From: Tubiluchus corallicola
Lineage: Eukaryota > Animalia > Priapulida
Assembly: GCA_030141605.1 (NCBI GenBank)
Contig: JAQGDQ010000469.1
Span: forward strand, 1 to 64,000
DNA length: 64,000 nucleotides
Reading direction: 5' to 3'
The first letter of the stretch is position 1, and every line of letters begins with the position of its first letter. A model generated the notes under the pieces. That model was not told where the DNA came from. It saw nothing but the letters and a program-made list of their open reading frames with translations, and ran no database searches. This document shows positions 12,490 through 26,991 of the stretch, piece after piece. A program made the position numbers and the translations under genes.

Positions 12490-12695
12490 AATTCTTTCTA
12501 TCACCTGCTACATTTCTGATCAACATGCTCGGGAATAAATATTACGTGCCACCATTTCTCTACCCTGGGATACATGTGCATGGAAGAGACCGGGCACGTT
12601 TAATAATGACTGATTTTTTCCTGGTCAGTAGTGGTAAATAGGTCAGAGGTCCACTCTACGGCTGGCAAGTGATTATGGAGACCTTATTGTCATCT
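12490..12695 (+). pseudogene. Partial, frameshifted duplicate of the GPCR 5' region
   Basis: Aligns to ~10557-10770 (CTGCTACATTTCTG, GGGAATAAAT, TTAATAATGACTGATTTTTT, TACGGCTGGCAAGTGATTAT). Confidence 0.85.
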
Positions 12696-13149
12696 CTGCG
12701 TCGCTTTATATCAGCATTGTCATGCCAGGGAATTGATGATGATGATAAATCTTTATTTGCACAATATATACATATATAAACATGCAAGCCCTCTATTTGC
12801 AGGCCAATAATTCTGCACTGAATGATGTAAGAGTATATATACAACACTGTCAATTATAATTATATCCTTAACAAACGTACCACAAACTTGCTTATGAAAC
12901 GTTTGGCAATTATTTATAATTAATATCCATCATAACAGAATTCATTCATTGGGATTATTTTGATTACACTATTGGGAAAGTATTAAAAATAATAAACTTT
13001 TCTACATGCTCGCTTTACTTACAAATATATAAGAATAAAGACTTTTGCTAAAATTTACGATAAAACCAGGATAAATTTTGCCTGAATTATACGTACATGT
13101 ATTTAAATATGTATATAAATATTAAATATTTATTGTATTATGCATTTAA

Positions 13150-13430
13150 CCCTTCTACGTCCCTTTACAAACAGATAACATCAAACCGTCTTTCGCAAAA
13201 TTAACTACAGCTTTATTTAATGCTTCTTCTTTTTTAAGAAAACACTGGTTATGTTTACCCCCTGTAGAGTTTCTAATGGGTATTTTCTTCGGTTAGCGTC
13301 TACTTTGTTGCATCTGAATATTAGGTGTTCAGGTGCTTGAATTTCGGTGCCGCATTCACATGTGCTATTATCCGTTAGTCCTAAACTATATAAACATTGC
13401 TTGAAGTTTCCCTGTCCATGCGATGGAAGA
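13150..13430 (-). mobile_element. 3' fragment of a LINE ORF2 (I/R1/LOA-like CCHC knuckle)
   Basis: Minus-strand translation GQGNFKQCLYSLGLTDNSTCECGTEIQAPEHLIFRC. Confidence 0.6.
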
Positions 13431-14088
13431 GAAATAAAACAGTTTCACTGACGGTTACGTTATTTGGAGATAAGAGTTCTTTTTAGACCACACTTCAACG
13501 TCAGTTAATTTCAATGGCTACTTCTGAGCCTGCTACTTTGTCCATTCAAAGTTTAGGCATTATAGTTTACAGTCTGAACAGAATATATTACAAACTACAA
13601 GTTACAAAAAATACATTACAGTGATAGCAATAGATGAACTACGAGTTAAGACTTTTTAACTAACCAACAACCGCTTTAATTACCAACAATAAAAGCGACG
13701 TCAAAGGTGATCAAAACAACGGCGACAGCGACATCAACTATAACAAATAGTTTATAATATTCAGACATTAAAACATTTTTGTTAGGTCGTGGAACACTGG
13801 AAAAATAAAAGGATTACTGGAAAATTTCTTTTTTGTTCAACACGTGTTTGTTACAGACCATTAATATAAAGTATGCTGATCAACTTCTACACTGCATTGC
13901 TCGCTTAATATTACGGAGACGCAGGGCTTCTAATTGCTATTGCACGCGAATTAATACAAGACTTGGTTTCAAAGCAGCCTTAGTTTCTCATTAGGATCAG
14001 ATTAGGCTAATCTTTTGCTAATCTCGGTTTTACTACACACATTTTTTGAAATGGTATACAAACTTTACAAAGTGTCCCCAAGTTTTTA

Positions 14089-14131
<43 letters not shown>

Positions 14132-16209
14132 GTGTTTATGAATTCTGTTCTATATATTACATCGGCTAGGACATATGACCTAAGGTTTTGTCTAGCTTAA
14201 ATTTTAGCACATCCGCAAGATCGGTGCGCTGAACACTTTAGTAGCAGGACATTTTGATGCCGGTGACAATCATACGTCGTCCTACACCATTTTATTTAAA
14301 TACCATTATAATTGCAATCAGGCAAAATATTTATATAAATTCTATCACTGCTCACAAAAGCTCGACGAATCCGAATTGTATTTTTTAATTATAATTAATA
14401 ATGTTCTTCTTAATAATGTTCGAAAAAACTTCATACGAGTGTTCCGTTAAAAAAAAGTAAATTAGCAGTACTATAAAATTCCGGAACTAAACGCGAAATA
14501 TTTAATTTGAAAGAATTCAGAACAAATCATCACTTCGGAAGCAATTCAATAGCAAAAAATGCCGTCCAGCTCTGGAACTTTTGAAATTAAACGTATTTTA
14601 AAAATCATTAACCGATTCAAAACTGAATTAAAAGCACCAATGGTGTCCAGATTTGAATGCCCAACATATCAACTTGACAACTTACACAGTAATGAATAAT
14701 TCATTTACCCCAGGCAATATTAAACTGTTTAACCTGATAGTCAGTTTGTAAATAGGTAAATATTAAGTCTAAAGTTTCATTTTATTTTTTCGCCTGCAGC
14801 TTAGATTTACACTGATGCATTTGCCACAACACTGAGTTTTTAAACTTTCCCTGATTTGAGATTCTTAATAAGATTCTTAATAATTATTGTTATGGTAAAT
14901 AAAGACGTTATTTTGCTTACTTACTTGCGTGAGAAAATCGACATTTTATCTAATAGCGCATCACGGATCTAGGAAAACTCGTGGCTGCTGATTTTCCAAA
15001 GTGTTAAAATTTTTCACTTCTTAAAAACGTTGAATCGCAAATGCAGAACGCTAGAGTTATGAAATTTACAGGATAGATGCCCGGGAAGGGCCTTGAAAAT
15101 GATGCTGGTTGTTAACGGTGCCTCCGTGTTACAGTGACAGCACTTCAATGCTAATAGATATGAATCAATGCTTTCAATTCCATTTAATTTATATCGACTC
15201 TTGGGGCTTAAGTCTTGTCAAAGTTAATCAAATCACGAAATACTCGACATGAAATAATTCTTTATCGGGTGAGATTACTAGCTTACGCTCAGCAATAATG
15301 GCGTGTCCATTAGCCAAGTCCATTACAAATAAATAGTTTCTGCAGTAGTATTATCATATTACTTTATGCCAGCCAGCCGCCATGTCAGTTCAACAGTGAT
15401 AATGGTAACACAGCATAAACAGGTAGGAGTACGATTTGTTAAATTTACAATTAGATATCTAAAATTCAGTCACAAATTAAATTACAGTTCAGATGTTATA
15501 ATCGGTCAGTTTCTCAATTGCCACTCGAACTCCACCTAAGACATCGAGTTAAATTCAATTTCTATTAAATCATAAAGTTATAACCTATCTAAATTATAAA
15601 CTATCAAGTTAATTTTTATAAATATGTAGGTATTGGAGTTTAATCTATGTGCTTTTAATTCGCGAGCAACACGAACAACAAGAGAACTTAATATTAGGCA
15701 TCCACCACAGAGTATGCATGAGATATCGACATGAGTTAACCACGCTCTACCAGATATAGTCAGTTGCTATGCTCGTGGGTTTGGATCTCAGTCATTCAGT
15801 CTTGTTATTTTGCAGATTTTAACTGAATAGATTAAAATCGCTTTGCCTTAGTGAATGCCTCGTTTTGATAAATTTCCAGGTTTATCTCCTCAATAATGTT
15901 GTTGCGCCATCTGTCGACAGTTGTACGAGTTCATTTAAAACGCGTACAAGTAAACACCAAGCTTGAAGTTGCATAGTTGTTTATTCTAAAAGAAAAAAAC
16001 AAGATAAAGAATTAATAACAATCTCAATGAGATAAACTGTCGAAATCAAAATTATCACACTGTGGACAAAACGTGCTTACAACAATTTACACAGAAAATC
16101 CAGAGTAAATGTGCTTTCAATTATTAAACATACTGTCAATATATTAGCCTAATGAATACATGTACAGCGTCACTCTACAATGTTATTGGGAAACAATAAT
16201 ATATAATAT

Positions 16210-16350
<141 letters not shown>

Positions 16351-16864
16351 AATCTAATTTATATCTGCATTTGCAGAAGTACAATACATTTTTTACACAT
16401 AAATACACTACAGGCGTAATATATGGAATATAGCAACAATCATCACAGTTAATTACATTATAATAACATTATATAATAGTGTGCATAAAAGTTATCTGTG
16501 TTTTTCAATAAATGCTCTCTAATGTATACTGTGCATTATAGCAGCTGATACAAATGTCTGCAAAATAAATACTATAAATATTATTTAAAATTTAAAACCA
16601 AACTAATAGTGTAAATTGTACGATGCTAGGGTTAAATTTATAAAAACTACATGTATAAATTAACTGCTACAATTATTATCAACAGTTTTCTATTAGACTT
16701 AATTATTCTCAAGTGTATAGCAACTGGTTTGCTCAATTATGTATATCATGTTATTATGAACTAGTTCCCGTATGATACTGATGTACAACTTAAGAGTAGA
16801 CTCTATATATTGTATTTATATCCATTCTGTCTAGTTTCGTTGTGAGTAATTCGCTATTGCTAGT

Positions 16865-17420
16865 ATTATTATTATTATTACTATTATTATTATTATTATT
16901 ATTTACACAAGTACAATCAAAGATTAAATTGTTGACGTCATTATTACATTAACACATTGCAATATCACTAACCCCAATACTATATTTAAAAGCATTACAG
17001 CCTCTGCCAAGTAATAAACTAAAATCACTAGTTTCAATAAGTTTGTCATATTTTCCTAGATGTAACATTAAAGGGGCGTTGAAAATAGGGACCGTTTCCC
17101 GAGGCAGAACAGCTAACTGATTACCATGCTGCAATTTTCTGTGCCACAGAGTTTCAACAAATTTCTTATTTCCTGACTTACTATATTTGACGTTTAGTAG
17201 ATTAGCAATAAATTTTTTCCTCACGACCGCTACATGAACAGAAAATCTCAGATATGTCCTCAGGCCCTGATGTTTTTATGGTAAAAAACCAGTTCACTGC
17301 AGATTTGACCTGTTGTGTTAAAATAAAATGTATTTTCCAAATAGCATCGATACTTTTACTGTGCAGTCTGACTGAAGTTTTTTAGTTTTGTGATATCTAT
17401 ATTGGCAAAACAGTGTTAAG
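16865..17420 (-). mobile_element. Degraded LINE 3' end with (TAA)n tail
   Basis: Minus-strand remnant GR...IYC...KFVETLWH...LLLG, followed by TAA repeats. Confidence 0.4.
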
Positions 17421-17864
17421 TACATTTACAGTTTCTTTTGAATTTACTAGTAGCATAATAATTGTTAGTAACCCCCAAAAATTTGAACTTGTTGGGTAGC
17501 ATAGTTGATCAATTTTACATTAATAATATTATTTCAGCTTGTCCAGGTTATTTGGAGCATATGCATTGGAGTATGATCGCTTTTTGTAGTTTCTTTTACC
17601 TGATATAATTTGAAGTGAAAGTTTTATACTGATTAACTATAACGCTTTATTTCTCAAAAAGGTTTATATTTATGTGTGTTAATTTAGAATAAACTGGAAA
17701 GTGCACACGAAACAAATTACGCTTCATCAGGGTCAGTATAGTGTGTAAAATTTAAAGTAAAATTAAGTTAAAATAAAAATTTAAATCAATCCACTTAAAT
17801 CATATAAAGTATATATTATAAAGCTATATATATAATTTAAAGCAAATTTTTCTGACATTTAAAT

Positions 17865-18700
17865 AATTGACGTGGGTGTGCCACAGGGGTCCATATTAGG
17901 ACCTCCGTTTTTTCTTTTATATATCAATAATATGTATCTCCTAGTGGACCAGATTTTATCTCAGTTTGTAATGTGTTTGCCGACGACTCAATGTTCTCAT
18001 GTTCTAGTAAAAGTGTCATCCAGTTAGACGAAAACTAGAACAAGATCTTTTTAATACTGCTAACCGGCGCTGGGCAAACCGTATGTCACGTTATATACTT
18101 ATTTATACACAAACCCTACATACTGGTAAAACAAAAACCATGCTATAGCTAATTGTCAGAAAAAATCTATTGGCAAACAAGAGTATCAATATTACCTGCA
18201 ACGAGACTCCTATTTAATGTGTGTGAAGGCATAAAATACTTGGTGTCGTAGTTCAAGCTAATCTAACTTGGTCCAATCAATTGATAAAATCAATCAGGAA
18301 ATTAATTAGCAGTAAATTGTTCCTGTTAAGTCGTTTGAAATATATTTTTTTCAATTTCAGCCCGTAGACAATTCTATAATAGTTTCATTTTGTCACATTT
18401 CGATTATTGATCTAATGTTTGGGGTTTTTATTCTAAGGATTATTTTGATTAGATTTAAGTCTTTATTGAAAACTCTAGGTTCATATAATCAAAAATACAT
18501 TCCCGATAAAAACATTTATAAATATTTATCATTGATATTGACATGAATGATATGGTTGACATTGATATTTCAAATCGCTTTATTTCTAAATAGGTTTTCT
18601 GTAGACTACCGAATTAAATTCAATATCTATCCTTGTTTACAAAGCAGTAAACAATTTGATACCAGTATTTACAAAATAACAGTATTCGCTAATTAAAGAG
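17865..18700 (+). mobile_element. Degraded CR1/L2-clade LINE reverse transcriptase fragment
   Basis: GVPQGSILGPPFFLLYINN, then MFADDS, then KYLGV; many stops and frameshifts. Confidence 0.85.
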
Positions 18701-19662
18701 TATGTACTTTCTTTACTCTGGATTACTTAATTATATAGCAAATGTCATAACTTTAAAATTATTAATGTTTCCTAAATTAAACTGATAACATTAATGCCCA
18801 CCAGTGTCTAAAAATCATTTCATCTATATTCGGTAAAGGATAGCAAACTAGGTGACTTTATAGTCTTTTCGCTATCCTTTCAATAGTTCTAGATCTATCT
18901 ATTCATTTTAACCATTCTTCAAAACTTATTAACGATTCTTTTATTAATCATGTTTTACTGTAGTATTATAAAGAGATAAATAAATTACAATTGAATTGAA
19001 TAATTGAATTGAATTGAAACAGAGAGCACGCGCAGTGTTAGAACGGGTGAATTGCATGTTCCTTGCGCAAAATTAACCTGTATAAATATTCCTTCCAGTT
19101 TATGGAGCAAAATCTATTCAAGAAGCTCCAACAGTCGTGAGTTTTAAAAATGGTGTTCAATATAGTTCAAGTACTATATTGAAGAATTCTTCTCGAAATT
19201 TACAAATTAACTTCTGACATAGTTTAATAAGGAATGTATTTGTTTCTAAACTTGTAAATTTACAGTATTGCGAGTCTAATAATATTGTAAGCTTGTATAC
19301 TTTTACATATGAATTTTTTTACATCTACTGCTGCATTTCGTGTTTTAATCATTTTGCGTTTATTTTATCGCTTGAATTCTAACCTCAAAATCTTTTATTT
19401 ATTGGATAATTTTGACTTTTTATTATTGTGTAACTGCATGGAAAATTTAGTTTTAAGTTCAATTTCATATTTCGTTTTTCTTTTATATTTATCTATATTT
19501 TGTATTGTTTCAGTACATTTGCCTTGGATGTAAAGGAGCCTATGGTTCATTCTAGCTATGAAGTTTAAAAGACATTTTCTTACCTTCCCTTACTTGACCT
19601 TAACTTACCTTACCTTACCTTACCTTATCTTATATTATCTTATTGTTGTTATTAAGTTGATT

Positions 19663-20649
19663 GGAGCGTGGTAGAAATGACACAGGAAAAAATGGCACAG
19701 GAAAAATAGCACAAATGGCAAAGTATGTAAAATTACACAGAAAAAAATGACACAAATGGAAAAGTAGGAAAGAATGGCACATGTGTTTTTGATGCAATTA
19801 ATTTTTAGAATGCGCTCAGTAGAAAGCAGATTTCTCCCAAAGCTGAACAATCCTAAAATTATTCGTCTGATTCTTTTGATTAAAAAAATTAACGCAAAGA
19901 TAAACAAGCAAACATTCAAAAATGTACCTGTGTTGGTACTGTATAGACTAGCAAAAGACTTGCAAACTATTTGGTCATTAAATAAATTTATAATCAATAA
20001 TGCACGAATGTTTCACATATTGTTTATCTACCTTTTTAAATAAACGAAGTTATAGACAGCGTTGCATAGTTTTATAAGCGAGAAATTCTTGAAGTGGAAC
20101 CTGGAAGTAACTCGTAGTTGTTTGTCCAGACAGAGATAACAAAAAAGAAGTGCTAAACACTCCCTGTGAGACCTCCATGAAGTGTTTTTTTGTACTTGGT
20201 TTTTCGGTCAAGTGTAACAAAAAAAAAGAACTGGCGAAAACATTCCCATTTTGGTACCCTATACCCGCCTTTCTTCACAAAGTTTCTTGGATATTTGTTA
20301 CACAGTTTTTGCGTAGTAGGCTTAGTGTCATAATAGACACAACCAACTGACAAGCAAGTAAACAAACAAACAAACAAACAAACAAACAAACAAATGACGT
20401 TGAAGCATTCCTAGGCAGAGGACAAATTCCTTGGCAGAGCGAAAAAAAACTGAAATAAATATTCCCCTACCGTAATCCTAACCCTAAACACATATTATAC
20501 TAAGTGTGCCATTTCTACTTCTGCCATTTTTCCTGTGCAATTTTTTGCTGTGCCACTTTTACTATGCCATTTTTCCTGTGGCATTTTTACCTGTGTCACC
20601 TTTGCCTACTTTTTCACTTGTGCCTTTTTTCCTGTGCAATTTTACGCAC
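19663..20649. mobile_element. MULE/foldback-like non-autonomous element with 9-bp TSD
   Basis: AAGTTGATT duplicated at 19654-19662 and 20650-20658; inverted subterminal arrays (GGAAAAAATGGCACA versus TGCCATTTTTCC). Confidence 0.8.
20075..20395 (+). mobile_element. Dispersed repeat ending in (CAAA)n, nested in the MULE-like element
   Basis: Homologous to 62778-63060 (AAGCGAGAA...TAACTCGT...CTGAGACCTC...TATACCCGCCTTC...TAGGCTTA). Confidence 0.7.
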
Positions 20650-21129
20650 AAGTTGATTAGTCAAGTCTTTGAACAAATTGTTCAGGTTTTCGATAAATGC
20701 AGTTTCATAAAAAAATTCATATTCCATACTGCTATTGGTTAAGATTTTTGTTAAATAGAGTGTGAAGTGTAAAATTCTGCAGAGAATATAAAAATTTATT
20801 ATTAAACTCTTACAATGTAAATTAAACTCACAGTTTAGTTTACAGTTTCGTCATACTTAAATTATTAGAGTAAAATAGCAAAAATAGTTTCTTAGCTCGT
20901 TATTTGTACAGTAATTTTTGAAGTCCAAATTCCGCTAAGTATTGAACTATGCTATGTGCAGAGTTTTGTCTGCTTATTACAAACTTTTTTATTTGGTTTT
21001 TGTTTTTCTTATAACAATATTTTGTTTTTGTTCTGTCATTTTTTCAGCAGGAACTTTATTATTCGCTTTTATTTTGATATGTAAATGCTTTATAAGTTGC
21101 TTTTATTTTGTTGTTCAGAGTCACAATTT

Positions 21130-23333
21130 TTAGTATAGTTCTCAATAAAGAACTATTAGTAGATCTCAATAATGAACTGTTAGTAGTTCTCAGTAATGAA
21201 TTATCAGTAGTTGTCAATAATGGACTATTAGTAATTGTCAATGATGAACTATTAGTAGTTCTCAATAATGAACTATTAGTAGTTGTCAATAATGGACTAT
21301 TACTAGTTCTCAATAAAAACTATTAGTAGTTCTCAATAATAAACTATTAGTAGTTCTCAATAATGAACTATTAGTAGTTGCCAATAATAAACTATTAGTA
21401 GTTATCAATAATAAACTATTAGTAATTCTCAATAACGAACTATTAGTATTTCTCAATAATGAACTATTAGTAGTTGTCAACAAAGAACTATTAGTAGTTG
21501 TCAACAAAGAACTATTAGTAGTTGTCAACAAAGAACTATTAGTAGTTGTAAACAAAGAACTATTAGTAGTTGTCAATAATGAACTATTAGTAGTTCTCAA
21601 TAATGAATTTATAGCAGTTCTCAATAATAAACTATTAGTAGTTCTTAATAATGAACTATTAGTAGTTCTTAATAATGAACTATTAGTAGTTCCCAATAAT
21701 GAATTATTAGCAGTTCTCAATAACGAACTTTTAGTAGTTGCCAATAATGAAGTATTAGTATTTCTCAACAATGAACTATTAGTAGTTGTCAACAAAGAGC
21801 TATTAGTAGTTGTCAACAAAGAACTATTAGTAGTTGTAAACAACGAACTATTAGTAGTTATCAATAATGAACTATTAGTAGTTCTTAATAATGAAACGTT
21901 AGTAGTTGTCAATAATGAATTATTAGCAGTTCTCAATAAAAAAACTATTAGTAGTTGTCAACAAAGAACTATTAGTAGTTGTCAACAAAGAACTATTAGT
22001 AGTTGTAAACAAAGAACTATTAGTAGTTGTCAATAATGAACTATTAGTAGTTCTCAATAATGAATTTATAGCAGTTCTCAATAATGAACTATTAGTAGTT
22101 CTTAATAATGAACTATTAGTAGTTCTTAATAATGAACTATTAGTAGTTCCCAATAATGAATTATTAGCAGTTCTCAATAACGAACTTTTAGTAGTTGCCA
22201 ATAATGAAGTATTAGTATTTCTCAACAATGAACTATTAGTAGTTGTCAACAAAGAACTATTAGTAGTTGTAAACAACGAACTATTAGTAGTTATCAATAA
22301 TGAACTATTAGTAGTTCTTAATAATGAAACGTTAGTAGTTGTCAATAATGAATTATTAGCAGTTCTCAATAAAAAAACTATTAGTAGTTGTCAATAATGA
22401 ACTGTTAGTAGTTCTCAATAGTGAACTGTTAGCAGTTCTCAGTAACGAACTATTAGTAGTTGTCAATAATGGACTATTAGCAATTGTCAATAATGAACTA
22501 TTAGTAGTTCTCAATAATGAACTATTAGTAGTTGTCAATAATGGACTATAACTAGTTCTCAATTAAAAACTATTAGTAGTTGTCAATAATAAACTATTAG
22601 CAGTTGTGTATCACGAACTATTAGTAGGTCTTAATAATGAACTATTAGTAGGTCTCAGTAATGAACTATAAGTAGTTGTCAATAATGAACTATTAGTAGT
22701 TGCCAATAATGAACTATTAGTAGTTGTCAATAATGAACTATTAGTAGTTCTCAATAAAGAACTGTTAGTAGTTCTCAATAAAGAACTATTAGTAGTTCTC
22801 AATAAGGAACTACTAGTAGTTATCAGTAACGAACTATTAGTAGTTCTCAATAATGAACTATTAGTAGTTCTCAACAACGAACTACTAGTAGTTGTCAATA
22901 AGGAACTATTAGTAATTGTCAATAATGAACTATTAGTAGTTCTCAATAATGAACTGTTAGTAGTTGTCCCCTATTGAGCTACTAGTAGTTGTCAATAATG
23001 AACTATTAGTAGTTCTCAATAATGAACTATTAGTAGTTCTTAATAATGAATTATTAGTAGTTCTCAATAATGAATTATTAGCAGTTCTCAATAAAGAACT
23101 ATTACTAGTTGTCAATAATGAATTGTTAATAGTTCTCAATAAAGAGCTTTTAGTAGTTGTCAATAATAAACTATTAGTAGTTGTCAGTAATGAACTATTA
23201 CTAGTTGTCAATAATGAACTGTTAGTAGTTCTCAATAAAGAGCTTTTTGTAGTTGTCAATAATAAACTATTAGTAGTTGTCAGTATGAACTATTAGTAGT
23301 TGTCAATAATGAACTATTAGTAGTTGCCAATAA
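21130..23333. repeat. 24-bp minisatellite, ~90 copies, with a ~433-bp higher-order duplication
   Basis: Unit AATAATGAACTATTAGTAGTT(G/C)TC; 8-aa periodic ORFs. Confidence 0.97.
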
Positions 23334-23581
23334 TGCACGCACATGCACACGCGCACATATGCATTCACCCCCACAAAATACATTCAAGTGTTGTCTAATC
23401 ATAACAGATAGATTTAAAATTAAACGCAAAGGAAGAAAAACTGCAGACTAATATCCATGACCTTACCTTTAAATATACAAGGTGCCTAATTTTTTGATGT
23501 CGTTATATTGAGTACACGTTTTAATCTTTCTTCTGCTCTGGTTGTAGGAATGAGTGGAAAATTCTATTAATGTGACCTATC

Positions 23582-23820
23582 ATTGTTTGTTCATGTAACA
23601 TCATTGTTTATATTATTGTTTGTTCATGTAACATCATTGTTTATATTATTGTTTGTTCATGTAACATCTTTGTTTATATTGTTGTTTGTTCATGTAACAT
23701 CATTGTTTATATTATTGTTTGTTCATGTAACATCATTGTTTATATTATTGTTTGTTCATGTAACATCATTGTTTATATTATTGTTTGTTCATGTAACATC
23801 ATTGTTTATATTATTGTTTA
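23582..23820. repeat. 33-bp tandem repeat, ~7 copies
   Basis: Unit ATTGTTTGTTCATGTAACATCATTGTTTATATT. Confidence 0.95.
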
Positions 23821-23919
23821 CTAATATAAATAAAAAACTCCTAGAAAAATTAGTTTGTTAGTTTTAGTAGTTTTCAGTGCTTCCCCCCCCCCCCCGGTTA
23901 AGGTTAAGTTAACTTTTTT

Positions 23920-24135
23920 AACTAAGTTTAAGTTTAGTTCATTATTAGTTAACTTTAAGTTTAGTTCATTATTAGTTAAGTTTGAGTTTAGTTTTAGTTT
24001 ATTAATAGCTAAGTTTGAGTTTAGTTCATTAATGGTTGAGTTTAAGTTTAGTTCAATATTAGTTGAGTTTAAGTTTAGTTCAATATTAGTTGAGTTTAAG
24101 TTTAGTTTATTATTAGATAAGTTTAAGTTTAGTTT
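23920..24135. repeat. ~27-bp degenerate tandem repeat
   Basis: Unit approximately GAGTTTAAGTTTAGTTCAATATTAGTT. Confidence 0.85.
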
Positions 24136-26008
24136 ATTGTTTCTCACAAAAAGAAATGTACATATAACGACACGTAACAAACAATAACAAATTGGCATAC
24201 CAAAAAACTAATTTTTGTAACTAAAATGCTCCAATGTGTGCGGAAAAAATATCGTAAGTACAACATTGATAAGGGAAGGGGTTGGACAAGAAAAGGAAAG
24301 GCATAATATTGTGTGTATAGAGATGAATTCGGTTAGAGGTGCAAGTTAGTCAAGCGAGGATAATTAAATAAAATGAACACAATATGCAAGAAATCTCGTG
24401 AGGTTAAATCCATTGCATTATTTTATACCGACATTATACACATATTATACCTTAAAACACTACTTGTCAAAATACGTGTCACATAAAAAAAGATATGACA
24501 ATGTCAAGACACCGTCAAGCACATGATGAATTGACAGTGAGAATTAATATGCCAAGCACCCTAATCTTGTGCGTCTTATGCACCTTATATACTTTATGTA
24601 CCACATACATACATACATATTGTACGTACAAGCACAATGATTAAAATATTTGTTTTTCAGAAAGAATTTTTTTTGTGTTTTTTTTCATGAAATTATACAC
24701 ACTGATTGTCGTTCGTGCACGTCCATCACCACACACTGTCCTCATGCATGAGGCCAGACACATCCAATCGTGGTGGCACAATTAGTCAAAAATTTAAAGT
24801 AATCAATCCAGAACACGTATTATGAATAATACTGTCTACCACATGTAAACATAATATATATTATATATTAAACTTCGCTGAACAAAATATACACGAAAAC
24901 AGATAACGTGTCGAGTAATACTATGGAGTTGACCAAACTGTCAAAGTTTATAGAAATATATTTACAAATAGCAAGTATATCTGTCAGATTCCGAGATATT
25001 AATAATTGCTCAACAAATAACTTTCATTTCTTTCTCAAATTTGTAAATTGAGCGAGCTTATTTTACATCTACTGGGAGGGAGGAGGGAATTCCAGATTTT
25101 AGATGCAATCATGCTTATAAAGTGTTTCATTGTATGGTTCTACAGGGCCGTATAACGTTTTATGGGTTTTTACATAAAGATACTAATGTTGCAAGGCACG
25201 AGATCGTCAACTATATAAATCCGGTAGCCTAGAAACAGCTGTGTCAAAGCAGCATTTAATTCTCACGGAGTACGGAGTTGGTTTAAGTCAGTTAAGTGCG
25301 TTTTGCCCGAGAAAATATTACAGTAGCTAAAACTAGCAAAAATACATATTTACTGCAATTACGCTGCTATTTTTGATGCATCATTCGCCCTCCAAAACAA
25401 CGCTAAATAAACTTGACTGCTGTTTCTCAGACGTTAAAATCAAACTAAACCCTCACTGTAATATAAGCTTTTATAACATTATGTTTCTACTCTCATTATG
25501 GATATTCAATTTATTTTATTATAAACTTACAGCAAAACTTGTTTCTTTTAATTTTTCATCACTTTGTTGTTAGAGATGAATTTGAAGAACCGCTATTTTT
25601 CGTTGGGCAAGATTTTATGACGTTATGAGTACAGTGACGAGATCACCAAAGATCTGTAAACAAACATCAGTAACCAAAGACTCTTTGTGCACCGCGTACG
25701 TCATTCTCGCTCACTCGTCCCAAAGACGTGAAACATGGCGATCTTCACAGCAACGCACGCATTCGAAATTCGCCAGTAAAAGATAAGCCATTTAATTTAT
25801 AAGTTTCTTTTGTTTAGTAATTACTATAACTTCTTTGTGTAATCATAATAATGCTTTGAAAAAACTTCAATGACTGTCATGATTATATAGGCCTTTAAGG
25901 ACTTTTGTGTATATGGCACTTTGAAATAGCAAATACTTATTTAAACCAATCGCGTGATGGTAATGCAATCCATCTCATAATCAGTGCAGATTTCATACTA
26001 TATTTCAG

Positions 26009-26991
26009 GGTACCCAAGAAGTGGTTCTACATTTGTCGGTGACATTTTCAGCAACCATCCCGAAGTGTTTTATATATTTGAACCTGCTTGGTTTGAAGAA
26101 GCCCAGATTTTTGGTCCAGGAGATGGGAAAGGACGACGTAGTGGACCCTTAACAGTGATGACCCAGAAGTTGATAGGAAATCTTGCCACGTGCAATTATA
26201 CTGGCGAACACATGTTGAATTTTATACGCTATAACGAGAAAAGACGTAAAACCTATCATTCTCGAGCACTTGCTAAGGAAAAAGGGTGTGATGACGAAAA
26301 CTTCGGAAGCAGAGTAAACAATTGCTGGGCAGCTCCACGTTCTGGCGATTTACATCTTTCTCCACTAGAGTGGACAAAAGTTTGCCAAAATTACAGTACC
26401 CATGTCTACAAAGTTTTTCGCCTGCGTGTAGTAGACGTCTTGACGTTACTGAATCTTCCTGGATATAACGTAAAAGTTTTATACATGATTCGAGATCCAA
26501 GGGCAATTATAAAATCTAGAATGCAGTTAGGGTGGCTGAAAAATCTCACTGGTGAGGCATATGGTCAGGATAATCCATCCACACTATGCTATGACATGAT
26601 GGATGACTATGAGAGTGCACTAAGATTAAATTTACCCAGTGACGTAATGAAAATTATAAAATATGAGGATATAGCATACGACCCTATTACAAAAGTAAAG
26701 GAACTTTTTGAATTTGTTGGACTTAATTATACAGAAAATATTGACAAATACCTTAAGAAGAATGCCCTAGCAAAGACAGGCGGAGCAGGTGGAATTGGTA
26801 CAAGTAGTAAGAACTCTACAAAAACAGCAAACGCTTGGAAGGACAAACTAACTGAGTCAGAAATAGTCATGATTGAAAAACAATGTGGAGAATTCTTAAA
26901 TCGTGCTGGTTACAAATTTATGCACATGAAAGGCAAATCCTACATATCACTTTTGCGAAATTTAAAAATAGCAAATGGTTATATTCGGTAA
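26009..26991 (+). CDS. Carbohydrate (Gal/GalNAc/GlcNAc-6-O) sulfotransferase, CHST1/3/4-like; terminal catalytic exon, upstream exons not identified
   Basis: 5'-PSB motif YPRSGSTFVG, HPEVFYIFEP, 3'-PB motif IRDPRAIIKSR, KYEDIA and WK...C...GY. Splice acceptor TATTTCAG| at 26008. Confidence 0.9.

Noticed and set aside
21059-24198. Periodic ORFs (TTNSSLLR and similar)
   Set aside because: Minisatellite artefacts without credible starts or splice structure.
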